A DNA stretch of 64,000 bases from Octopus sinensis (taxonomy: Eukaryota), in assembly GCF_006345805.1 (NCBI RefSeq), contig NC_043019.1:13453360-13517359 (forward strand), written 5' to 3'. The notes below the pieces were generated by a model that was not told where the DNA came from, made no database searches, and saw only the letters and a list, made by a program, of their open reading frames with translations. Shown here piece by piece: positions 14,220-27,802 of the stretch. How positions within the stretch are numbered: the stretch's first letter is position 1; each line of letters starts with the position of its first letter. Made by a program: the position numbers and the translations under genes.

Positions 14220-14403
14220 TCGAAAAATACATTAGGAAAGAGAACCCAGGTTCGAAATTTCCCCCAAGACACCTGATGAAGGCTGGAGGGTATATCAGCC
14301 GAAACGTTGTGTCAACAACAAACGAGATGAGGACAAATATCCGTCAAATGTAAATAATGTAAATAAAGTACATAATTCCTCATCTCTTAAACATAGAACT
14401 GTA
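14160..14403 (+). mobile_element. Hammerhead-bearing tRNA-headed SINE (family E), 5'-truncated at the B box
   Basis: GAGTTCGATTCC B-box, (AAT)n, and a body nearly identical to 26283-26540 and 61379-61619. Confidence 0.8.
14268..14313 (+). ncRNA. Minimal type-I hammerhead ribozyme, intact core
   Basis: Stem I GACAC/GUGUC; CUGAUGA; extra A; stem II GGCUG/CAGCC; GAAA; palindromic stem III ACGU; GUU triplet with predicted cut after 14308. Confidence 0.75.
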
Positions 14404-14669
14404 GAGTTATACATATTACCATTTTGTTTAGTCATAGCAATATTACTAACCAGTCATTATAACTCATTGCTCATATACTTAATAGTAAAGCATCAAGTGA
14501 GTGCAGAGCATAATATTGATTAATGAACAACAAAAGAACTGGAATTACATTATCACCTTCAATACCCTACTGCTAATTCCTCACTATATAGCGGTTCGCC
14601 TGTCACTGTTTATTATCTAAGCTTCCTTCGATTCCTCTGTGTTGTTGCTTTGCATTTATGTTAAAATAA

Positions 14670-15065
14670 GGCTGTGTGGTAAGTAGCTTGCTTACCTACC
14701 ACATGGTTCCGGGTTCGTTCCCACTGCGTGGCACCTTGGGCAAGTGTCTTCTACTATAGCCTCGAGCCGACCAAAGCCTTGTGAGTGGATTTAGTAGACG
14801 GAAACTGAAAGAAGCCCATCGTATATATGTATATATATATATATGCGTGTGTGTGTATGTGTTTTTGTGTGTCTGTGTTTGTCCCCCCAACATCACTTGG
14901 CAACCGATGCTGGTGTGTTTATGTCCCCGTAACTTAGCAGTTCGGCAAAAGAGACCGATAGAATAAGTACTAGGCTTACAAAGACTAAGTCCCAGGGCCA
15001 ATTTGCTCGACAAAAGGCGGTGCTCCAGCATGGCCACAATCACATGACTGAAACAAGTAAAAGAG
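14670..15065 (+). mobile_element. Near full-length family B SINE inserted into MITE copy 1
   Basis: tRNA-like head, CCTTGGGCAAGTG CORE-like motif, internal (TA)(TG) microsatellite, and 3' end CCAGCATGGCC...GACTGAAACAAGTAAAAGA. Confidence 0.88.
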
Positions 15066-15424
15066 TATATACAAAATTATAAAAATAATAAAAAATATAT
15101 ACACTACACTACTGTTTCTAGTTCACAGATTTTCACCTTTCGCGGTGGGGTTTTCGAACATAACACCCACGATGGCCTAAAGATTACTGTACATACATAC
15201 GGTAATCTCTCGCCATATCGCAGCTCACCTGTCGTGGTTTATTATTTAAGCCTACATCAATTCCTCTGTGGTGTTGTTTTGAATTTATGATAAAATAAAT
15301 ACGTACAAATTATAAAAATAATACAGAAAAATATATAATACAGTACTGCTTCTACTTAACGGATTTCCACCTACCGCAGTGAGGTTTTGGAACATAACAC
15401 CAATGATAGCCAAAGGATTACTCT

Positions 15425-15574
15425 ATATATATATATGTATATGTATATATATATATTTGTATATATATATAGATATATATGTATATATATATATATATGT
15501 ATATATATATAGATATATATGTATATATGTATATATATTATATATATGTGTGTGTATATATATATGTATATATA

Positions 15575-15619
<45 letters not shown>

Positions 15620-15796
15620 ATGTGTATATATGTATATGTATATATGTATATATATATATATGTATATATATATATTATATGTATAATATATAGATATATA
15701 TATATGTATATATATTATATATATGTGTGTGTATTATATATGTATATATGTATATATATTATATATATATGTGTGTGTATATATATATGTATATAT

Positions 15797-15848
<52 letters not shown>

Positions 15849-15852
15849 TATG

Positions 15853-15885
<33 letters not shown>

Positions 15886-15915
15886 GTATATATATATATA
15901 TTATATATATGTATA

Positions 15916-15992
<77 letters not shown>

Positions 15993-16040
15993 GTATATAT
16001 ATATTATATGTATATATATAGATATACACACACACACTCA
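15425..16040. repeat. Long (TA)n/(TATG)n microsatellite
   Basis: Direct reading of the sequence. Confidence 0.95.
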
Positions 16041-18976
16041 CACACACTAATCCCTTGCCATATCGTGGTTCATTATTTAACCTTACGCCAATCCCTCCGT
16101 GGTGTTGGTTTGCATTTATAATAAAATAACATATATACAAATTATAAAAAATAATAAAGAAAAATATGCAGTCCAGCGCTGTTTCTACTTTGTGGATTTT
16201 CACCTGCTGCAGCGGGGTTTATGGAAGAGAACACCTGCGATAGTCGAGGGATTACTGCATAGCTGATATAGAAAACAATACACTCGGCGCCGAGTGATTT
16301 CCACATGCATTTATACACACACACATGCACTTGTGTATACTGACGGTGGTTGCTCAGCCACAGATCAGTCTTGAATAACCAGATATGTTACATAAAGCAT
16401 TCCAGCTGTGGCAATCACTTCTGTTCTTTTTTTCAGAAGATAAAGTGTGATGTCAGTGAAATCTTGGTGGCTCTTACTAGCACCATGACTGACCACTTAA
16501 GAGCCGAGCCCCCTTCATTGGCTTGACATAAAAGGACGGCAATTTTTATTGGTGCTACATTTAGGAATGGTACTGTGTTTTTTTAATGCTAACATTAGTA
16601 GTAGTAGTAGTAGTGAATGTTAATGACAATGCGAATGGTGGCAGTGGTAGAGATGGTGTTACAATGGTATTATTTGGAAAGCACTGGAAGTTTTCAGAAA
16701 TTTTTTTGTTTTTTTAATGAAGGTATTCCATATTCTACATGAAGAATGGTGTGCTGAAATCCACACTTGCACACACACACACACATATATATGCCTTATA
16801 GATACACATGTATGTGCGAACACACCACATGTACAAACATATACTCAGCCCCACAAATGCATATATATATATAATATATATATATATATACACACGCACA
16901 CACATGCATGCACACACATGCATGCTCTTACACTCACACCCACATGAAATACCATTAGTATATAAATACATACACTTATGCAAAGAAATTTACCTACACA
17001 GATTTATGCATACACACACACATACACACACTCACACGTACACATGCATTTACATATAACACACATACACACACAAACACACACAGGCATGTGCAGAAAA
17101 ACCTTCACCTTAATTTTATATATATGCTTAAGCACATACAAAGCACACACATACACACACACACACATGTACACACGTGCACTATAAGCTGCAACGGTTC
17201 CTAACTGCGAATATGTCAAGAATTAAAGGAAGCTGCACTTATTAATGCAAATCAGCTGCAGTGTAAAAAGAAAGAGGATTAATAAGAATTCATTGTCTTC
17301 GTTTTTGTTTTTCTATGTTTTTTGCTTTTTATTGAATTTTTTTTTTTTTTACCGTTTTTAATTCCATTCTAATCCTCAAAGAAGCAGCAGCAGACGATTG
17401 TCAAAAGAAGGTACCGATAATCTGCTGCGCTTCTTCTCGTTTGTAAGCTTCTGCGTCATTGTTCAACCTTTGCTATTTCTCTCTCTTCCCCTCTCTCTGT
17501 ATTTGTATATCTATCTACATATATATATATATATATATACATATATTTATATATATATTTATATATATATATATACATATATATTTACCTCTCTCTCTCT
17601 CCTTCTCACAAGTTTGTTCCAAGAAACTTCTCCTCACCAACACTATACCACCTGCGTTTCTTTCATTGCTCGTTGAAACAATATTTTTCAAAAAAATGTT
17701 TCTTGGATCAACTCATGGCTATGGAAAAAGACATCTTGCAATAGGATTGAACCCAGACCCTCATGCTACATATCTACATATACACACATACACGTCAACA
17801 GAATACACAGCAGCCCTGCCTGAAGCAAAGCATGGGTAAGCTTGGGTTCTTAGGGGGAGACTCAACTCCTGAATTCATATGGGACTATAAAAATCTGCAA
17901 GACCTTCATAAGATTTAAATCGGGATAATTAAAACAAGACACTTTCCTTTACAACTTTCCTATCAAGGAGGTGACCAGTCAAAACTAAATTAAAAAGAGT
18001 TTAAGAAGGAACATCTATTATATAAAATCTGTTCTGTCTGTTTGTGTGTGTGTCTTCTTGGATCTCGGACATCCTCCATCCGAATGCGCTCAATACCATG
18101 TATGCCATAAGGTCTGCAAATATAACGGAAGCCTCAAAAGACATTTTAACCATCACTGACAAATTATTTTATCCAATGGCTATCAGCAGTTGTTGTTGTT
18201 GTGTGTGTGTGTGTGTGTGTGTTCTTTGTGTTTGTATGAATAAACCTTCCTCCAACTGCTTGACGATCGGTGTTGGTTTGTTTACATCCCTGTAATGTAG
18301 CAATTCTATAAGCAGACCAGTGGAACAAGTACCAAACTTCAAAAAGGATAAAAAAAAAAAAACCACACACAAGTCCTGGGATCAGAAGTCAATATGTTTG
18401 ACTTAAGAACCCTTCAAAGTACTGCCCCAACCTGGCCACAGTCCAATGTCTGAAACTAGTATAAAAGATAACAGATAAGAGATATCCATGTTTAATTTTC
18501 TTCTTTTCTTGCCAGTCTCTTCATCTTGAGATAATCATCCTTATGTTTTCCATTTGATTTTTCTCCCCCCCCCCCCCCGCCCACCGTGTGCGCCTGTCTG
18601 TTGCCCTCAATTACCATATTATTTCAATTTTTATTTGATTTACTTCCTTAATTCTTAACTAAATAAACACTCTCCACCCAACATATCTGTCTCGTAAAGG
18701 TAACAGCACCATGGACACTCTTTGAACGCGCCCACCCACTCACCGAGCCACCCACCCTTGGCATAAAGTCAAAACAATCACAGCCCTGTCTAATAGTTTA
18801 AATATTTCATCTTTGAAAAACACGTATTTATCTACACACACCTCTTTTCCACCCGCCTCTCTTTCTCTCCCTCCCCATCTCTCTCTCTCTCTCTCTCCCC
18901 CAATCATATCTTTTTTTTAGGAATATTTGTGTTTGTATGTATCTCTTTGTACCTTTCTATTTATCTGTATGTATGT

Positions 18977-19027
<51 letters not shown>

Positions 19028-19309
19028 ATATGCATATGTATGTATTTATACATATATATGTATATATATATATATATTATATATATATATATATATGTAT
19101 TTATAATTTCTATGTATGTATGTATGTATTATATATATAGTATTATAAATTTCGACGTATGTATGTATGTATTATATATATATAATATGTATTTATAAAT
19201 TTCTATGTATGTATGTATTATATATATGTATGTTTATATATAATCTGTATATATGTATTTATATGTACATGTATGTATATGTGTGTGTGTTTGTATATTT
19301 CTGTATATC

Positions 19310-19510
19310 TCAGTGTTGGCGATTTTCTTTTTTTGTCTTGTCTTCCCTGGACCTTACCTTTTTCTATATTTCTGACGAAGAGCTCCACTCGAAACGTTAA
19401 ACCCTCATTCTTCCCTTCCTTTCCTGAGCATCCAATAACACTATACTTGTTCCACATCCTTGCGTTGTTGTTTTCTCTTTGTTCATGTTTGGATTAACTT
19501 TATGTATATA
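19310..19510 (+). mobile_element. Penelope-like terminal-repeat fragment (family F) with hammerhead at 19369-19401
   Basis: UUU-CUGACGA-A-GAG-cucca-CUC-GAAA-CG-UU-AAA, with intact core and palindromic stem III. Embedded in TA-rich repeats. Confidence 0.7.
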
Positions 19511-19837
19511 TATATCAATAATCATCATATATATATAAAATAAAAGACGATCCACATCTCTGTCGAACCTCATCTGGATGCTAAAACCGAAGGGAATGGA
19601 ATACACAACCCATTGGTCCATTATAAAAAATGCTGCACCTTATAATGGGACTTCACTAGTATATGCAACATATGCCTTGAAGAAACCCTGGAAATAATCA
19701 CATCCAGGGAAAATGTGATAAATAGCCACTCTGAGATGGTCATATCAGGTAAGCATAGGAACAAAATATTCTGAAAAGCAATAATAAATTATAAAATAGT
19801 GAAGGAGCCTAAATAAACAAACAAAAATACCAATATA

Positions 19838-20092
19838 ATAATAATAATAATGAAATTATTGTATACAGTGCTCAGGTGCACCGCAACTTGTCAAAAGTGC
19901 GTATAAAGCATATGCAGTAATGTACAAATGTCTGGGAAGTGAACAGTGTATGAGTCAGATACATGCTTGCGTGTGTATGGAGGAGAGAAAAGCAGGTGTA
20001 GTGTTGGCGAATCTCAGGAAGCATGGAAGTTTTGAAGGATACAGTGCTCCGAAAACTAACAACTGATGCCGGCAGTTTGTTCCATACTTCAG
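19838..20092 (-). mobile_element. CR1-group LINE 3' end with (ATT)n tail
   Basis: Minus-strand translation EVWNKLPASVVSFRSTVSFKTS matches the CR1 'WN.LP..VV.....FK' C-terminus. Homologous to 23315-23640. Confidence 0.75.
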
Positions 20093-20207
20093 ATGATACA
20101 CACTTTAATATCAGAAACAGTGAAAAAGTCGCCGTAAAAGGGGTGGAATTAATCAGTTGGGTCAACAAACCTCACTGTATAGCAGCTGACTACCTGTTGG
20201 GTTCAGA

Positions 20208-20400
20208 CCCGTGCTGGTGGCACGAAAAAAGCACCCACTCGGAGTGGTTGGCGTTAGGAAGGGCATCCAGCTGTAGAAACACTGCCAGATCAAGACTGGA
20301 GCCTAGTGCAGCCTCCTGGCTTGCCAGTCTCTAGTCAAACCATCCAACCCATGCCGGCATGGAAAAACGGACGTTAAATGATGATGTTGATGATGATGAT
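20208..20400 (+). mobile_element. RTE LINE 3'UTR fragment with (GAT)n tail
   Basis: Same 3'UTR as 1556-2150. Further copies at ~24930-25265(-), 28800-29070(-), 35480-35670(-), 39810-40028(-) and 41390-41605(+). Confidence 0.8.
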
Positions 20401-20473
20401 ATACACACATACACACACACAATGTCTGAGCTTGTGACTATCTTATCTGCTTTTCTGTTTTCTCCTTCACTTT

Positions 20474-20512
<39 letters not shown>

Positions 20513-21584
20513 CTCTTTCTCTCTCTCTCTCTCTTCACTCTCTCTCTCTCTTCTCTCTCTCTCTCACTCTTTCTCTCTCTCTTTCACTCTCTCTCTCTCT
20601 TTCCCTCCCTCTGAAATCTTTTACCTCCTTCTCTCACTTATCGCATTGCTCCATCATTTACTAGAAGTTTTTAACACCTCGCTCTCCCTGTCCCTCCCTC
20701 CTTCTCTTTCTCCCCCTCTCTCCGCCACCACCACCACCACCCCTACATCATCGCATCCCACCCACCACTAAACTTCACAAGCTTCGCCACACCCACAACA
20801 ACAACAACTACAACAACAAACAACATCAACAAACGATGTCTAAAAGATATTAAGATGCATAGATCCCACGATAAGATTCCACTCCAAGATGCGACCACCA
20901 CCACCGACTTTGATGATTATCTTTCCCCTGCATCTCGCAAATTGCCAATGTTTATATATCAATAACATGATGGAAAATGCTGTGAATTTCACAAAATTAT
21001 AAATGCAAAAAATAAAGAAAAATGGAAAAAAAAACATAAAAATTTTTTTTTTTTTAATTTGAAGTCTTTCTACAGACTTAGTAGTGTGTGTGTATTTGTG
21101 TATGTACGTACATATGTGTCCATATATGTTTGTTTGTGTGTATATATCACACAAGCGTGTGATATATGCATATATATATATACTAAGCAATAAAAAGTTA
21201 TAGCTATTTCTTCTTAGCTATAACTTTTTGACTGCTATTTCTAAATTCGGTATGTGGTAAGGCAATTCGTTGCTAAACCCTTTATTGCTTAGTATTACTT
21301 AAATTTTCCTCGAATGAGGCTTTTACATGCGGAAGACTACTTGGTGTAATTGATAATTATTCCAAATTAATTAATTTCACCCTTCATTATTACGGATAAC
21401 CATATATATATATATATATACATGCACATTAACAACATGCGTGTGTCTCACACTCATCTGTCTGTTCATCTCTCTATCATACATACACACATATATATAT
21501 ACATATACATACATATATATATACATATATATATATGCATATATGTATATATATATATGTATATATATACATGTATATATATGT

Positions 21585-21618
<34 letters not shown>

Positions 21619-22367
21619 GTATGTATATATATGCTTGCATACATACACGCAGATACATATAAATATGCATATATACATACACACTCATATATATACACAC
21701 ACACACATACACATACACAAGAGTTAAGAAATGGAGTGTGTGTGTGTATGAATATATATACCCATACACACACAAACATACATACATACATAAACACACA
21801 TAGAGAGGATATAGATATACTTGTATATGCATGTGAACATACATCCATGTGTGTGTATGTGTGTGTGTGTGTGTACACCTATCTGTCTCTTTCTTTCCCT
21901 GTCCCTACATGAATACAGATAGACAGACAGATAATCTTCCCCTCTCCTCCTCCTCTCCCACCCCTTTCTACTTTCCCCCCTCTGCACCACCACCCTTACC
22001 CCCAGCCCCACCCCCACTGGATTAGTTTCCCTTTCAATTTCCTGAATAGTATTTTAATCAGTTTCCGGTATGTTTGATAAACTAATTAAAATTATTTATT
22101 AGTTATTTTTGAATTCACTACACACTGCATAATATACACATAAATATAGGGTGGGTACGTGTGTGTGTGTATGTGTGTGTCGATTTTATATATACTGTGT
22201 GGTGGTGGTGGTGGTGGTGAGTGTGTTGTTTTCAGTCATTGTTTGTTATTATTAGCCCAAGGTTAGGCTTCATCAAACAGGCTAAGGATCAAAGACATTC
22301 CAGACATGACTGTCTTGTTATTTTGGGTTTCTTATTCCAATCTGATCTTCCCCATATTCTTCTTATC

Positions 22368-22862
22368 ATTATTATCATTTTTATTGAGTGAAGGAGCAGT
22401 GCATGCCATCAAAGTGGCACTGGGGTACAAATACACGAAGCCCAATATACCCATCATGACTACCCGTCTGATAAGGGTACACCAGGCACATGCATCGCAA
22501 CCATATGTGCGTGACATGGTGATTTCATATCGAGATAAACAGCTCATGACCTTATGGGTGGGGCCCGGTTAGAATTTTCTTCAGGTTGAGTAACCCATCC
22601 CGCTCAAAAGGTCCCTGAATAAGGGTTGTTTAAGGATGTTGGACAAAACACCCATGTTTCCAAAGGTGAATTATTCAAACTCCAAAGAATCCCTCTCAAC
22701 ACATGGCTATGATGCCCCACCCGCTACTTCTGCTTGTGATCAGAAATGCACATATCGTCAGCCACCAAGGGACATGCTCCATGCTCGATTAGTTAAAGTC
22801 AACAACTGACAAGCAAATCCGTGGCATTGAGCGGGATATTTGCTGAAGCCCATCTTTTATAT
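22368..22862 (-). mobile_element. Interspersed retroposon-like repeat, probably a non-LTR 3'UTR with (TAA)n tail
   Basis: GC-richer block that ends in an (AAT)-like tail on the minus strand and has no ORF. Family not identified and only one copy in this window. Confidence 0.45.
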
Positions 22863-23312
22863 CCTTTCCTACTCTAGGTACAAGGCCCGAAATTTTGGGA
22901 GTAGGGGTCAGTCGGTTAGATCGACCCCTGTACACAACTATTACTTAATTTATCAACCCCAAAAGAATGACGGGCTTCTTTCAGTTTCCATCTACCAAAT
23001 CCACTCACAAGGTTTTGGTCAGCCTGAGGCTATAGTAGAAGACACTTGCCCAAGGTGCCATGCAGTGGGACTGAACTTGGAACCATGTGGTTCATAAGCA
23101 AGCTACTTACCACACAGCCATTCCACACACACACACACACACACACACTTAATTTCTCAACACACACAATTAGATTCCATATGCATTGTGTGTATTGTAT
23201 TTCACTCCAAAGGCCCGTGTATCCCAGCCTGAAGCAGAAGGTACTTGCCCTTTCAAGTACCACTCAGCAGGATTGAAACCCCATCTACACGTGTGTGTAT
23301 GCGCATGTGTGC

Positions 23313-23314
<2 letters not shown>

Positions 23315-23349
<35 letters not shown>

Positions 23350-23640
23350 TGAAATTATTGTATACAGTGCTCAGGTGCACCACAACTTGTCAGAAAGTGT
23401 GTATAAAGTGTAGGCGTCTGGAAAGCAAACAATGTATGAGTCAGATACATGCTTGTGTGTGTATGGAGGGGAGAAAATCAGGTGTAGTGTTGGTGAATCT
23501 CAGAAAGCATGGAAGTTTTGAAGGATGCAGTGCTCCGACAACTAACAACTGATGCTAGCAGTTTGTTTCATGCTTTAGCAACTCTCAGCGTGAAAAAATG
23601 TTTCCTAAAGTCATGGGAGCTGTGCTGTTTTCTGACTTTG
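23315..23640 (-). mobile_element. CR1-group LINE 3' end
   Basis: Minus-strand translation KVRKQHSSHDFRKHFFTLRVAKA*NKLLASVVSCRSTASFKTS, followed by an (ATT)n tail. Confidence 0.8.
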
Positions 23641-24049
23641 GTGTGTGTTGATCAGCTTGAAGCTCTGATGTAAGACTCTTGTTGAAGACAAATGCACAAC
23701 GGTACCAAACCAGGAACCACAAGACTGAAAAAGTAACTTCTTAACCGTTCTGCCACGAACCGAATTTAGTCAAGCACCGAAAGACAAATACGTTTGAATA
23801 GTAAAGAATTAAAAATTAATTTCGATAGACATGTGAGGTGCCAATTTAAAAGAGATTTAAAGTTAAATGTTTCGAATGCTTCGTTAAAAATTAATTTTAA
23901 TTGTATACATTTTTTTTTCATTTATTTTGAGCTGCAAATGTGTGCAGGGTGGGTTACTGTGTGTGGTGGTGGTGGTGGTGGTGGTGGTGGTGAGGTGGTG
24001 GGGTACTATGGCATGACTCAGCCCAACGAGGCTTCTTTAAAAAATAGAC

Positions 24050-24490
24050 ATACTTACTACCACCACCACTGTTACTATTACTACTACCACCACCACCATA
24101 ATTACTGCTACCACTACCTCCATAATTACTACTACTACCACCACCACCATTACTACTACCTCCACCACCATTATTACTACTACTATTACCACCACCATTA
24201 CTACTACCACCACCACCATCACCAGCATTACTACTACTGCTACTGTTACAAACTACTTCTACTACCACTACTGCCAGTACCACTACCACACCACTACTAC
24301 TACTACCACCACTACCATTATTACTACTACAGCTATTACAACTTCTACCACCAATACTACCATGACCTACTACTACCAATACTATTACAACTACTTTTGT
24401 GGCTACTGCGACTACTATCGCTACTGTTGCTACGACTACTACTACTACTGCAGCTACTGCTACTATTACTAATACTACTACTATTGATAT
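24050..24490. repeat. Degenerate (ACT/ACC)n trinucleotide array
   Basis: Direct reading; it is the source of the spurious His/Tyr/Leu-rich and Gly/Ser-rich ORFs. Confidence 0.9.
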
Positions 24491-26282
24491 GGCTGTGATG
24501 ATGAGTCTGTAGTGGCCATGTGGGAGCTACATGATTTTCTAAACCACTCACAGCATGTTTAGAAGTGATTCATGGAGGTGATATCAGAAGTGATAAAATA
24601 GCTATGCAAAGGTGATATCACACAAAGTGATAAATTCTCAGAAAGGTTATCATGGTTTACTTTTGAAAACTTCCCAGAAAACCAAAAAACTGACAAAAGA
24701 AAAATCAAAATAAATCTTTCTTTGTTTTTTTCTTTCTTTTTTTTGGAAGTTTTTGTGGCTTTTTTGTTGTTTTTTTTTTAGTAGGGGTGGGGTTCATTTT
24801 TTTGCGAAAGAAAGTTATATTTAACAAATAGTATCAAATAGTATCAAAGAAATCTGACTGCAATGACAGAATCAAGTATTTTGGGGACAATAAATAATAA
24901 TTATGATAACGAGATTTGTTCAATAATAATCATCATCATCATCATTTAGCGTCCGTTTTCCATGCTAGCATGGGTTGGACGGTTCAACTGGGGTCTGGGA
25001 AGCCAGAAGGCTGCACCAGGCCCAGTCTGATCTGGCAATGTTTCTATGGCTGGATGCCCTTCCTAACGCCAACCACTCCGTGAGTGTAGTGGGTGCTTTT
25101 TACGTGCCAAACGGGGCAGGCATCGGCCACGGTCAGATGGTGCTTTTTACGTGCCACCGGCATGGAGGCTAGTTGGGGCGGCGCTGTCAACAGCCACGAT
25201 CGGATGGTTCGCTTATGTGCCACCGGCACTGATATCACAGCTGCAATTTCCATTGATGTTGATCAACTTTGATTTTGGTTTAATAATCCCTTCTATCATA
25301 GGCACAAGATTTTGGGGAAGGGGCTAGTTGATTACACTGACCCCAGCATGCAACTGGTACATATGAAGGCTGAAAGGATGAACGGCAAAGTCAACCATGT
25401 TGGAAGTTGACTGACACAAACATATTAGAGTTTGGGATCGATCCGGTACTGGACAAGGATTCTGGATTCGAGGCTATAGTAGAAGACACTTGCCCAAGGT
25501 ACCATGCAGTGGGACTGAACCTGGAACCATGTGGTTGGTAAACAAGCTACTTACCACACAGCCACTCCTGCACCTATAAAAACTGCTAATATTTCTCTAA
25601 AACCCCGGCCAAGGATTTGTCATGAGACAGTCAGGCTTGGCTGTTAAAAACCTTAGATAATATATAACTTATGCTGTACAGTGTATTGAATAATTAAGTT
25701 CGTTACTGTAACGACTAACACACACACACACAGAGGCTGAACTCCCATTCGCTGGACCGGTCTATCTCATTGGTTTCATAATTAAAGTAAAATTTTAACG
25801 TTATCCTCTGGTTATCTATTAGTAATTTGAACAATAATTCAACGATAATGAGATGAGATATCATTCGAGAAAGGATATTCCAAAACAAATTATGTTCTCC
25901 GAAGATATTATCCACGGAAGGATATTTATCTGGGAAAGATAATTACATTTCGACATTCTTTTTTTCTTTTTTTTTTTACTTTTTTTTCTGTTACTTTTTT
26001 TTTTCTCCAAGACAAGGCAAGTAGCGTTATCAGTAGGAGTGGTTAGTTGCTGGTTTTGTGCTGTAAACAGTGGGAAAGCAGCATAATTGTTTTGATTGCT
26101 TGTGGTGCTGAGTTCAAATCTTGCCATGGGCCTTTTTTTTTTTTTCATTTTTTTTTTATTTTCCATGTACTCAGCTGGATCTCAAACTAGATTTCCCATT
26201 GTAAGAGGAATGTTAAATAACTAATCATTGAACTTCCGGTTCCATATTAGATTTATAAGCCCTAAAATTCATTCCATAATTG

Positions 26283-26540
26283 CCCACGGGCATATGGCGT
26301 AGTGGTTAAGAGCACGAGCTACTAATCCCAAGATTCTGAGTTTGATTCCAGGCAGTGACCTAAATAACAATAATAATTAATAAGAAGAAGAAGAACATCG
26401 AAAAATACCTTAGGAATGAGAACCCAGATTCGAAATTTCCCCAAGACACCTGATGAGGACTGGAGGGTATATCAGCTGAAACATTGTGTTAACAACAAAC
26501 AAGATGAGGACAAATATCCATCAAATGTAAATAATGTAAT
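26283..26540 (+). mobile_element. Hammerhead-bearing tRNA-headed SINE (family E), full head, CpG-decayed hammerhead at 26445-26490
   Basis: A-box TGGCGTAGTGG, anticodon-like loop CT-ACT-AA, B-box GAGTTTGATTCC, (AAT)n, then GACAC-CUGAUGA...GAAA-CA-UU-GUGUU. Confidence 0.8.
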
Positions 26541-26888
26541 TGAACCTCAATTGTTTGTGCTTCTAAATACATGCTTTTTTAATAGGTTTGTTTGTTTGTT
26601 TTTCAATATATATCTCTGTATCTAGCAATGTATCAGCAGATTTTATAGAGTATTAGACAAAACACATTACAGTATTTATACCAATACCTTGTAAGTTCAA
26701 ATCCTCTCACTAAGCCCAGCTTTGTTTTTCATCCTCCTGGGGTTTTGATGAAACGAAAAATAGTTCCAGTTTAGATCATGCAAGTATACTTATGTGTATC
26801 TCTATATGTATGTATATGCATGCATACACATACTTATGCATGCATGTATATACCTACATATACATATATTTTATGTTCATATATGTTC

Positions 26889-27270
26889 AGGTGCAGGAGT
26901 GGCTGTGTGGTAAGTAGCTTGCTAACCAACCACATGGTTCCGGGTTCAGTCTCACTGCGTGGCATCTTGGGCAAGTGTCTTCTGCTATAGCCCCGGGCCG
27001 ACCAAAGCCTTGTGAGTGGATTTGGTAGATGGAAACTGAAAGAAGCCCGTCATATATGTATGTGTGTGTGTTTGTGTGTCTGTGTTTGTCCCCCTAGCAT
27101 TGCTTGACAACCGATGCTGGTGTGTTTATGTCCCTGTCACTTAGCGGTTCGGCAAAAGAGACCGATAGAATAAGTACTGGGCTTACAAAGAATAAGTCCC
27201 GGGGTCAAGTTGCTCGATTAAAGGCGGTGCACCAGCATGGCCGCAGTCAAAATGACTGAAAAAAGTAAAA
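26889..27270 (+). mobile_element. Full-length family B SINE
   Basis: Highly similar to 14670-15065 and 29091-29495. Confidence 0.9.
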
Positions 27271-27745
27271 AAAAAAAAATTTTTATATATATATATGTGT
27301 GTGTATATTCATGTATACCCATATCCACACAAACACGCCTATAATTCTGCAACATTATCAAATCCTGACCCATTCTTGCATTCTTTAATGCAACAGCTTT
27401 AGTTCCTGTCAATTTACCTTGGAATATGCGTTCCGCCCACTTCTATCTCACCTCTCCGGAATCTACGTTTTCCATAATGGATAAGGGAACCTGTAAAAAC
27501 CCTTTATGGGGCCAGAGGTCACTAGGCATTCTATTGGGTTGTTTTATTAGATTCGCGTGCCTTCCTTTCAAGCTTGACACCAACCGTATCTGCTCGCTTT
27601 AAAAGCTCGCCAGGTTTTTGCAGGTTCACACTTTGAGCAAACATCAATTGCAGATAGCGCTCGAGATAAGGTCAAATGGTCCTTTTTTTTTTGTTTATCT
27701 CAGATTCAGTTTATTGCTTATGCACATACGTATGTATATATATAT

Positions 27746-27802
<57 letters not shown>

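Larger units (their letters stand above)
14568..16259 (+). mobile_element. Three tandem copies of a Tigger/pogo-like MITE (14568-15191, 15198-15425, 16045-16259)
   Basis: TIR consensus TA-CAGTAATCCCTCGCCATATCG...CGATAGTCGAGGGATTACTG-TA with shared internal sequence. Copy 1 is split by a SINE; copies 2 and 3 are separated by ~600 bp of (TA)n. Confidence 0.75.

Noticed and set aside
22730-22860. HDV-like or twister ribozyme in the structured end of the 22.4-kb repeat
   Set aside because: Hairpins are present, but I could not fit the required pseudoknot order or catalytic residues by eye.
23794-24498. 234-aa His/Tyr/Leu-rich ORF and antisense Gly/Ser-rich ORF
   Set aside because: Translation of an (ACT/ACC)n microsatellite with no domain or splice support.
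27340-27690. Possible coding exon in a GC-richer unique block
   Set aside because: Stops in the frames I checked and no recognisable protein motif; probably an old transposon fragment.
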